This document shows, piece by piece, positions 31,726 through 39,145 of a stretch of 64,000 nt of DNA; the first letter of the stretch is position 1, and every line of letters begins with the position of its first letter. Source of the DNA: Candidatus Latescibacterota bacterium. Its GTDB lineage: Bacteria > Latescibacterota > UBA2968. A model generated the notes under the pieces. That model saw only the letters and a program-made list of their open reading frames with translations. It was not told the DNA's origin and ran no database searches. The stretch lies in contig OZ240241.1 of assembly GCA_965198115.1 (NCBI GenBank), forward strand, positions 896,001 through 960,000, in the 5' to 3' direction. Position numbers and translations under genes: made by a program.

Positions 31726-32709
31726 TCAGGGGTTCGATTGGAATCGGGTGGTGAAGAGGGCGTCGACGGGAGGGGCCGTGTCGATCATGCCCAGATCGAT
31801 CAGAATGTCACGCGTCGCCATCCACCGCGCAGCCGTCTGCGCACCCAGGCCCGAAACCTGAACGTCGGGGCTGTCGAGGATCGGTAGAAGCTTTTCGAAG
31901 TTCGCTCGGTTGAATGACATATCGCTCTCGGGCCTCGCGGCCAAATAGGCGTCGACGGCAATCGTTGGATTCTCCACCGCTCGACGCCAGCCCTTCAGGC
32001 TCGCCCGCACGAATCGCCGGACCAGGTCCTCGTTCGACGACACGAAAGCTTCATTCCCGATGATGTTCGTGCTGTAGAGGTCGATTCCGTAGTCAGCCAG
32101 CAGGATACGGTTGACCGTTTCGCCGCGCAGTTCGACCGTGACAGGCTGGTCTTCCGTGTAACCGAGCATGGCGTCGACCTGACCGGCCAGGAGAGGCGCG
32201 GGACTCGATTCGGTCATGCCCATCAGCTGAAGCTGGTCTTCCCGCATACCCAGGTGGCGGAGGAGGGCCTGGAATTCCCGGTGTTTGGTCCCTCCGATGT
32301 TCACGCCGATCCTCTTTCCGACAAGATCCTCCGGTTTGCTGATGCCCGATGCGGCCAGGGCATAGACCACGACGGGGGAGTGTTGATTGATGACGGCCAG
32401 AGACACGATGGGAATCCCCTTGGAGCGTGCGATGACCGTGGCTGACCCGCTGGAGACGCCGAGCTTGTAAGTGCCGTTTCCGACGAGCCGAGCCGTGGTG
32501 GGAGCACCGCTTCCCTCGAGGATGTCGACCGTCAGCTCTTCCGTGCGGTAGTAACCTTCGCTGATGGCGACGAAGAAGCCGGCGTGCTCCATCTGCGCCT
32601 TCCAGTCGAGCAGCAGCTCGATCGTGTGTCCGGTACCGGTGCCTTTTTCCGGGGAACAGGCCAGCGTGAAGATCGTGGGGAGAATCAGGAGGAGCCTGCG
32701 TCGCTTCAC
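31726..32709 (-). CDS. ABC transporter substrate-binding lipoprotein (NMT1/THI5-like)
   Basis: Lipobox TLAC; LLLDW...HAGFFVA..GYY..E.L.V; PEDLVGKRIG; RFVRASLKGW. Confidence 0.85.
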   Translation of the reverse strand: MKRRRLLLILPTIFTLACSPEKGTGTGHTIELLLDWKAQMEHAGFFVAISEGYYRTEELTVDILEGSGAPTTARLVGNGTYKLGVSSGSATVIARSKGIPIVSLAVINQHSPVVVYALAASGISKPEDLVGKRIGVNIGGTKHREFQALLRHLGMREDQLQLMGMTESSPAPLLAGQVDAMLGYTEDQPVTVELRGETVNRILLADYGIDLYSTNIIGNEAFVSSNEDLVRRFVRASLKGWRRAVENPTIAVDAYLAARPESDMSFNRANFEKLLPILDSPDVQVSGLGAQTAARWMATRDILIDLGMIDTAPPVDALFTTRFQSNP

Positions 32710-32716
32710 GATGTCT

Positions 32717-33508
32717 CTACCTGGTGAGGGTTTCGAGTGCGCCACCCCAGCGTCGTAGCGCCTTCTTTTCGATGGCATCGACGATCAGGAACAGGCTCGT
32801 GCCCATCGCACCCAGCACGATGAGTGCGGCGAACATCAGGTCTGTGGCAAGTTCGGCGTTGGCCAGCCTGACGAGGTGGCCGAGCCCGGCGCTGGCTCCG
32901 ACGAATTCTCCGACGACGGCCCCGATCACGCTGAGGGTGATGCACATCTTCAGCGCCGCAAACAGATACGGGACGGCGTTCGGGAGTCTGACTTTGACGA
33001 ACACCTGACGAGGGCTTGCCGACAGAGATTTCATCAGATCGAGGATCGTGGGGTCGACCGAGAGCAAGCCGCGTGTCGTGTTGACGACGACGGGAAAGAA
33101 TGAAATGAGGGCGGCGATGACGACCTTGGGCAGGAGCCCGAATCCGAACCAGACGACGAACACGGGTGCGAGTGCCTCTTTGGGGAAGGTTTGCGAGGAG
33201 ATGACGAGGGGATAGAGCATGCGCTCGATGATGTGCGACCGCGCCATGAGTAGGGCGAACGTAATCCCGGCCGAAGCGCCTAAGAGGAAACCCAGGAGCG
33301 CTTCCTGTAACGTCACACCTGCGTGGGCGAGCAGCGTGGGCAGCGAGCGGTAGAGGCGATCCAGAACGCGACTCGGGGCGGGCAGGATGTAGTCCGCCGT
33401 TGCCGTCTGCCAGACGAACCATTCCCAAATGAGCAGCGTGACGAGGACAAAGAGTGCGGAGAAACCGTAGGTTTGAAGGATAAACCGAATTGCGGTGCGG
33501 ATGTTCAA
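32717..33508 (-). CDS. ABC transporter permease (NitT/TauT type)
   Basis: LPAPS, FFPVVVNT..GL, VRLP.A.P, IGAVVGEFV...GLG. Confidence 0.9.
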   Translation of the reverse strand: MNIRTAIRFILQTYGFSALFVLVTLLIWEWFVWQTATADYILPAPSRVLDRLYRSLPTLLAHAGVTLQEALLGFLLGASAGITFALLMARSHIIERMLYPLVISSQTFPKEALAPVFVVWFGFGLLPKVVIAALISFFPVVVNTTRGLLSVDPTILDLMKSLSASPRQVFVKVRLPNAVPYLFAALKMCITLSVIGAVVGEFVGASAGLGHLVRLANAELATDLMFAALIVLGAMGTSLFLIVDAIEKKALRRWGGALETLTR

Positions 33509-33879
33509 AGGTCGAAGAGGATGATCTGTGCGTGGACCGACCCGGCCTGGTTGTGCCGTTCAGGGACTTCGTTCATCGCCATAAAGAGCGGACCCGAATA
33601 CGTGGAGTAGTAGTCGAAATAATTCCCGACGCTCAAGATGGGCGACTCGCCGACTCGCGCGAGAAGGGAGCCGACGTTCGTGCCCGGGCAGAGATACTCC
33701 TCGTCGGCTTCGCGTCCCTCGATTCCGTCGGGGCCGCACCAAACGATCGTGGCCGGTCGCATTTCGGGGGACCAGAGACCTTCGGCCGCGACAATCACCC
33801 GTTGATCTTGTCGGATCTGAAGGTACATTTCCTGCCAGGTTGCGTTCGGGCGGACGGTTTTGGTGATCGTGAGGGCCAT
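33505..33879 (-). CDS. PA-IL/LecA-like small beta-sandwich protein
   Basis: Pattern V.PN..WQ, A.G.W, GPDG, G.L.ARVG, VG, SG.L...N, GS resembles PA-IL-like domains. Confidence 0.5.
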   Translation of the reverse strand: MALTITKTVRPNATWQEMYLQIRQDQRVIVAAEGLWSPEMRPATIVWCGPDGIEGREADEEYLCPGTNVGSLLARVGESPILSVGNYFDYYSTYSGPLFMAMNEVPERHNQAGSVHAQIILFDL

Positions 33880-33888
33880 GGCTTCGCT

Positions 33889-33961
33889 ATGATAGGTTGC
33901 GCCGGATCGGGTGTCAAGGTGCATCAAAATGATTGACGCCCTGACGCCGGAGGCGTAGATT
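33889..33961. promoter_or_regulatory. Back-to-back sigma70 promoters
   Basis: Minus strand TTGACA(33917)-17-TATCAT(33889); plus strand TTGACG(33933)-17-TAGATT(33961). Confidence 0.65.
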
Positions 33962-34020
33962 CATATTGTTTGTCTACAGGCAGTTACGGCGCAAACCTTC
34001 GCTATAGAAGGACCGGATAT

Positions 34021-34455
34021 ATGGATACCGATTCGAGGTTCAAAAAACTCAAGATGAGCCCCAACGGTAAGGGGATCAACACGGTCATCGGAAGGGGGTC
34101 CGTTTCCGAGGGCCGTTTCCGTGTCGAGACAGGCGTACGTGTGGATGGTGTGTTGAAGGGTGAGCTGATCTCCTCCGGGACGCTCATCGTGGGTGAGTCC
34201 GGCGTGATCGAGGCCGACGTGAAGGTTCACGATGCTTTGATCAGCGGCCGTATCGTCGGCACGCTCGAAGCCGACGAGAAGGTCCACCTGCAGGCGACTG
34301 CCGCCTTTGTGGGAAAGATCAAGACACGCATCCTCATCGTCGAAGAAGGCGCTATTTTCAAGGCTGAATGTGACGCCGGTGGGGAGTTGCAGCTCAAGGA
34401 AGCCGATGAGGTGGCAGAGGGTGCCACCGAGCTTGCCGATCAACAGTCGGGTTGA
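34021..34455 (+). CDS. Bactofilin (polymer-forming cytoskeletal protein)
   Basis: TVIGRG...EG, VRVDG.LKG, L.VGESG.IEADV, I.G.I.G, LIVEEGA.F. Confidence 0.9.
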   Translation: MDTDSRFKKLKMSPNGKGINTVIGRGSVSEGRFRVETGVRVDGVLKGELISSGTLIVGESGVIEADVKVHDALISGRIVGTLEADEKVHLQATAAFVGKIKTRILIVEEGAIFKAECDAGGELQLKEADEVAEGATELADQQSG

Positions 34456-34567
34456 TGTCCTCCGTGTGGTGCATTTGAGTCAATCCCCCAATGATCACCA
34501 CACAAGTAATCTCTCCCAAACCCTTTAATAACAGTTATTTGTAGCTTTTATCCCCGGCCAGGTGCGC

Positions 34568-34583
34568 TGGTACGGGTTGTGCT
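34568..34583 (+). promoter_or_regulatory. Sigma54-type -24/-12 promoter (module 1)
   Basis: TGGTACG-GGTT-GTGCT with GG-N10-GC spacing; AT-rich tract at 34520-34550 upstream. Confidence 0.5.
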
Positions 34584-34656
34584 CGGTTGAGTAGGTCGGT
34601 CGTCCCCGATCTCTCATCCGGACTCTGAGTCGTTCGTTTTTTGGAGAGCACATCCC

Positions 34657-34980
34657 ATGATGGTGTGGGTGCTTGTCGCGGTCATTCTGGGTAGCATCGT
34701 CTACTGCGTTCGAACGCTCGGTGAGTACCGTGTGTTTGTCGCGGAGATCGAACCCAAGATCGATGGGCTCATCGCCAAAGCCGACAAGTTCGAAGAAGGC
34801 GCCATCGAAGAAACGGAGCGTCGGAACCAGACGCGGCAACGGGTGAGAGACCTGAGGGAACTCGTCTCGGAGGTCCAGCGGGAGGTCCGCCTCGTCGAGG
34901 CAAGGATCGTGAAGGTGAGGGAGGAATTCGAGCAGCTCGAACTCCACGCCCACAAGCTTGATTTCGAGGCCAAGAGATAG
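34657..34980 (+). CDS. Small N-terminal TM + coiled-coil protein A1
   Basis: Hydrophobic residues 2-19 then a charged heptad-like helix; paralog of 35556-35891. Confidence 0.8.
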   Translation: MMVWVLVAVILGSIVYCVRTLGEYRVFVAEIEPKIDGLIAKADKFEEGAIEETERRNQTRQRVRDLRELVSEVQREVRLVEARIVKVREEFEQLELHAHKLDFEAKR

Positions 34981-34988
34981 GAGCGTCG

Positions 34989-35279
34989 GTGTTCTTAGAG
35001 ATCTTCACACTGTTGTTGCTGGCCGCCGTCCTGATCGTCAAGTACGCCTCGACCGTCCACACGGTAAAGCTTCAGCAAAAACTGGCCGAAGCCACCAACC
35101 TCGCTCAACGAAATCAGGAGCGCTACAAGCGCCTCCAGCAGGAACGCCAGGCCGAGGAGGCCCAGACAGTGAACCAGAAGCGGCAGATCGATGAGCATCT
35201 AGAGGGTCTCCAGAACGAGCTCAAGGAACAGGAACATAAGAACAGCGAGCTGGCAGAGCGCATCGAAAAAGTCAAATAA
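34989..35279 (+). CDS. Small N-terminal TM + coiled-coil protein B1
   Basis: FLEIFTLLLLAAVLIVKY followed by a Q/E/K-rich coil; RBS AGGAG; paralog of 35903-36256. Confidence 0.8.
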   Translation: MFLEIFTLLLLAAVLIVKYASTVHTVKLQQKLAEATNLAQRNQERYKRLQQERQAEEAQTVNQKRQIDEHLEGLQNELKEQEHKNSELAERIEKVK

Positions 35280-35305
35280 GTAACGAAACGTTATGTGAGT
35301 AAGGT

Positions 35306-35334
35306 GGCCGTCTCCGTCTGGAGACGGCCTTTTT
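35306..35334 (+). terminator. Rho-independent terminator
   Basis: GGCCGTCTCC-GTCT-GGAGACGGCC-TTTTT. Confidence 0.85.
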
Positions 35335-35439
35335 GTATGGGTTCTAGGATAGCACAAAACGTGATAGATCCGCGTCCGGCACGGTTCCCGAGGGCCTGCA
35401 TATACTTATTAAAAATAATAGGTTATGATACACACGGGT

Positions 35440-35455
35440 TGGCACGTCCCTTGCA
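35440..35455 (+). promoter_or_regulatory. Sigma54 -24/-12 promoter (module 2)
   Basis: TGGCACG-TCCC-TTGCA matches the consensus exactly; AT-rich IHF-like tract at 35399-35428. Confidence 0.8.
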
Positions 35456-35555
35456 ATTCTTCCGAGTGTCCGGCTGGCGGACTCCCCTCCGCGCCGGGCA
35501 ATGCACCAGGCCACCACCCCGACGCGTCGGGTGCGGTTGAAGAAAGGGGGTTCAC

Positions 35556-35891
35556 GTGGAATGGGTCTACGCAGCGATCGTGATTGGATGTCTGGTTTAC
35601 GCCGGTGGGATTGTGATCGACTACACCAACTATTCGACCGGAATTCAGCCTCGAATTCGAGGGCTGCAGGAAGGGATCTCAGACCTCGATCTACAGGCCA
35701 ATGCCGAAGCCGAAATGCTCGTGGAAACCAAGAAGCGGACGACGGACCTGAAGGCCTCGGTCAACGATCTCCGTAAGCAGTCGGTGACGATGCAGGTCCG
35801 TCTGAAGGATGAAAAGTCGAGGAAGCAGAAGCTGGAGATGGCGGTGTTCCGGAAAAGGCTGAAATCACGGGAGCGGTTGGTGTCCGCTTAG
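35556..35891 (+). CDS. Small N-terminal TM + coiled-coil protein A2
   Basis: MEWVYAAIVIGCLVY..DY..IQPRIRGL aligns with A1 MVWVLVAVILGSIVY..EY..IEPKIDGL. Confidence 0.8.
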   Translation: MEWVYAAIVIGCLVYAGGIVIDYTNYSTGIQPRIRGLQEGISDLDLQANAEAEMLVETKKRTTDLKASVNDLRKQSVTMQVRLKDEKSRKQKLEMAVFRKRLKSRERLVSA

Positions 35892-35902
35892 TGGAGGTCG
35901 AC

Positions 35903-36256
35903 GTGTTTCTCGAAATCATAACCATCCTGATGCTGTTTCTCGTCATCGTTCTCAAATATGGCGTGGTTACGCGCATCGTGAAGCTCAACCAACGTCTGCG
36001 AGAGACAGAGAGCATTTGCAAGCGACACGAAGCCTACCTCGAGCGCAGGAAGCGAGAGCGACAGGCGGCCGAGCGCGAAGAGACCGGGCTGGCTCGCCAG
36101 CAGGTTGCGCTCGAGAACGAGATGGGTCGGCTCAGATCGGAGTGGCAGGAGCTGAAGGAGCAGAATTCGGAGGTGCTGGGCGAGCTGTTGCCGCACCACG
36201 GAGAAGAGGAACTCCGCGAGCTGCAAGAGACCGACGAGGAAGAGCAGGACCAGTGA
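35903..36256 (+). CDS. Small N-terminal TM + coiled-coil protein B2
   Basis: GTG after GGAGG; FLEIITILMLFLVIVLKY..VKLNQRLRE..ERQAAE aligns with B1; acidic tail. Confidence 0.8.
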   Translation: MFLEIITILMLFLVIVLKYGVVTRIVKLNQRLRETESICKRHEAYLERRKRERQAAEREETGLARQQVALENEMGRLRSEWQELKEQNSEVLGELLPHHGEEELRELQETDEEEQDQ

Positions 36257-36319
36257 GACCAGTGGCAGGGGGGGAAGCGCGGCTGGCGGCTGATCGAGTC
36301 GCCAGCCGCATCCGTGCCG

Positions 36320-36988
36320 TCAGCCGAGGATCGGGTCGGATACCCCGGCTTTCACGAACGCCCTTTCGCGAAGGACACAACTGTCACACCGTCCGCACGG
36401 CACGACGTCGTTTCTGTAGCACGACCAGGTAAGGTGGAGGGGCGCTTCCAGGTGGACCCCGGTCTTGACGATCTCGGTCTTCGAGCGGTGGATGAGCGGG
36501 GTTTCGAGACGCAGGTTCGTGTCCGGGTGCGTCCCGAGGTTTATCACTTTCTCGAAGGCCGAGCAGAAGGCCTCGGTGCAGTCGGGGTAGCCGGAGCTGT
36601 CTTCTTCGACGACGCCCACGAACACCGCACTGGCGGCAAGGACTTCGGCCCAGGACGTGGCCAAACAGAGCAGATGGGCATTCCTGAACGGGACGTAGGT
36701 GACGGGAACGGGATCGGCTTCGAGATCGGCGTCGGGAACGGGGATGGAGGTGTCGGTCAGGGCAGACGCACCGATCTGCTGGAGAAAGCGGGCCTCGACG
36801 ACGCGGCGACGTTCGACGGACACGTCGTAGTGATCGGCGATGGCTTCGAACGACCGAACCTCACGCTGCTCCGTCCGCTGTCCGTAGCGCAGATGGAGCA
36901 GGGCGAGGTCGTAGGACTGTGCAGCGATGGCGGTCGTGACGCAGCTGTCGAGACCACCACTCAGAAGGACGACGGCGAGATCGCTCAT
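36320..36988 (-). CDS. queC: 7-cyano-7-deazaguanine synthase
   Basis: AVVLLSGGLDS, YGQR, TYVPFRN, SGYPDC, TWSCY...CGRCDSC..R. Confidence 0.95.
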   Translation of the reverse strand: MSDLAVVLLSGGLDSCVTTAIAAQSYDLALLHLRYGQRTEQREVRSFEAIADHYDVSVERRRVVEARFLQQIGASALTDTSIPVPDADLEADPVPVTYVPFRNAHLLCLATSWAEVLAASAVFVGVVEEDSSGYPDCTEAFCSAFEKVINLGTHPDTNLRLETPLIHRSKTEIVKTGVHLEAPLHLTWSCYRNDVVPCGRCDSCVLRERAFVKAGVSDPILG

Positions 36989-37125
36989 CGTTCGGAATAC
37001 GACGACGATCGATCCTTGCCGCCGATCACGACCTGCCCGATCGGGCGTCCGGCCGTGCATTGCCTGAGCGCGAAGATGCGGCTGCGAAGAAACGATCGTT
37101 GGGTATCATCAGACACGGCTGTGGG

Positions 37126-37907
37126 TCAAGAGGTCGAGGCGTCCTGGGGGTCGGACTGGGCAGGGCTCCGCGTCCCCGCGAGTTTTCGAAGAAATCCTGT
37201 CCAGGGTCGCGCAGGTCTCGCGCTGCAGAGTCGACGGGTCAGGTCGGCCGGGAAATCCGGAATCCTCGGCATCCTGGCTCTGGCTTGGCCCTGTCGATCT
37301 TCGATGTCGAGGGTGGACGGGGCCGAGTAACCGGGGACGACGCGACTGTCGCGAATCAGGTCTCTGCGCACGCGTTCGACCAGCTGGTTGACGGCCGTCA
37401 GATCCTCGGCCAATCGCTCGAGGGTGTGCGTTGATCGCGCCTGAAACTGTGTCTGCAGGTCGACGATCGTACGTGCTTGGCGCTTGAGCCGGGATCGGGA
37501 AGGCCAATCGGTTGACCGGCCAACCGGGAAATCCGCTGGCCAATCCGGTTGTTCGATGATGGCACAAAACGCTTCCGTTGTGGCGAAGGGGGCGACAACC
37601 GGGCCCACGGCCAGCTTGATCGCGTTCCGAAGCGCGTCCAGCGATTCCGTCTGCTGTTGAAACGCGTCTCGGCGATGTCCTGGATGCGTTCGATCTCCTT
37701 TCGGTCCTGGAGGTGTTGCGGCAGGATCTGATTGTCGCGCAAAATCTTGTTCGCCAGACGGTGTTCTTCCCCTGATTGGAAGTACTCTCTCAGGTCAAGG
37801 CGTTTGCCCTTCCCCGGGAGCCTTGCCCAATCCTCTTCGGAAATCGTATTCTTCAAGCGTTCGTCCGGGCTTCGGTATTCAGGCCGACCATCTGGCTTTC
37901 TGTTCAT
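37126..37907 (-). pseudogene. DUF1992-domain protein, frameshifted at ~37620
   Basis: LPGKGKRLDL..RLANKIL.D..ILP; continues in the 37126..37608 frame. Confidence 0.6.
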
Positions 37908-38015
37908 TCGATGGGTCCTCCGAAGAGATGCAGATGTGGTTGGCGTTCCTCAGGATCGCATCGACGGGTGCCATCGATCTGAATATAGGACGCTTGGTGG
38001 TTCGTTGCACGCCTG

Positions 38016-38044
38016 TTGATGTGGTTTTCGGGGCTCGTTATACT
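38016..38044 (+). promoter_or_regulatory. Sigma70 promoter, probably leaderless
   Basis: TTGATG-17-TATACT ending 6 nt before ATG 38051; no SD. Confidence 0.6.
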
Positions 38045-38050
38045 CAGCTG

Positions 38051-39145
38051 ATGGATTATCCCGCGTGCTATGGGAATCACACGCCCGATGCCGCCGTGTG
38101 CCGACACTGTTTCGCCGAGTCGGAGTGTCTCGAATCCGACAGCGCGTCTGTTCAGTCATCACCCCGTGCGAGCCGGACTGCGTCGTGGCAAGAAGGCCGT
38201 GTCTCGGTTAGCGATTTCAGCCTTGCGCTCACGCTCTACTCGGGTCAGCTATTCCGCTGGGGCCGCGACGTGGACGGGTGGTGGAAGGGGATCGCCTACG
38301 GAGAGGCTTTCCGTCTCAGACAGGTGGAAAACGATCTCCTGTTCGGCACCACGAGCGATTCTGTTTCAACCCACGCTGGAACGATGGATGCGCCCGATTT
38401 CCTCCGCTGGTATCTACGCATCGACGAACCGCCGCGAACACGCGTTACCCGCTCCGACCGGCACCTACGGGAGGCTCGGGCAAAGCTTCGTGGCTTCCGG
38501 TTCGTCAGGCAGGACCCGTATGAGTGTACCGTCTCCTACATCCTCAGCGTGCAGGCTCATATGGGGCTTACGAAGCAGCGGCTTCACAAGTTGGCGCTCC
38601 TGCTCGGCGAGCGGATCGATGTGGGTGACGAGCGCTACTACGCTTTCCCTTCCGCCGAGGCGCTCGGCAGGCTTTCCGAGACCTACTATCGACATCTCAG
38701 GTTCGGCTGGCGGTCACGGTTCCTGCCCATCACTCTGGGTCACGTTACCGAGCGTGTGTCCAGCGTCCGGAACGGTCTCGTCGAATGGCGCGAGATCGTG
38801 GACGAATTGAAGACGCTGCCGAACTCGGGCGTGGGTCTAAAGGTCGGCAAGTGTATCGATCTCTTTTCTCTCGATCGTCTGGATGCCGTACCCGTTGACA
38901 CGTGGGTGCGCAAGATGGCACTCGACTGGTACGGCCAGGAGGGGAGTGACGCGCAGATCTGCCGATGGGCGGAGGAACGAGGTGGACGGCTCGCCGGCTA
39001 TCTGAACGAGTATCTGTTTGTCTACTACCGGGAACTCCACGCGTCCGCCCTGGACAACCGGGTCCTGTCGTTTCAGGCTTCCGATCAGCCCTCTTCGGAG
39101 TTGCCCTTTACGTCCATCGAAGCACCTGGCGAATCCTTGTCGTGA
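38051..39145 (+). CDS. 8-oxoguanine DNA glycosylase/AP lyase (OGG1-like, HhH-GPD) with Cys-rich N-terminus
   Basis: TL.SGQLFRW, RQDPYEC..SYI.S, YAFPS, GVG.KV..C..LF.L...AVPVDTW. Confidence 0.85.
   Translation: MDYPACYGNHTPDAAVCRHCFAESECLESDSASVQSSPRASRTASWQEGRVSVSDFSLALTLYSGQLFRWGRDVDGWWKGIAYGEAFRLRQVENDLLFGTTSDSVSTHAGTMDAPDFLRWYLRIDEPPRTRVTRSDRHLREARAKLRGFRFVRQDPYECTVSYILSVQAHMGLTKQRLHKLALLLGERIDVGDERYYAFPSAEALGRLSETYYRHLRFGWRSRFLPITLGHVTERVSSVRNGLVEWREIVDELKTLPNSGVGLKVGKCIDLFSLDRLDAVPVDTWVRKMALDWYGQEGSDAQICRWAEERGGRLAGYLNEYLFVYYRELHASALDNRVLSFQASDQPSSELPFTSIEAPGESLS

Noticed and set aside
36279-36309. Hairpin between convergent B2 and queC as an intrinsic terminator
   Set aside because: The stem is strong but there is no U-tract on either strand, so its role cannot be supported.
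36989-37125. preQ1 riboswitch upstream of queC
   Set aside because: No preQ1 stem-loop with an A-rich tail is visible.
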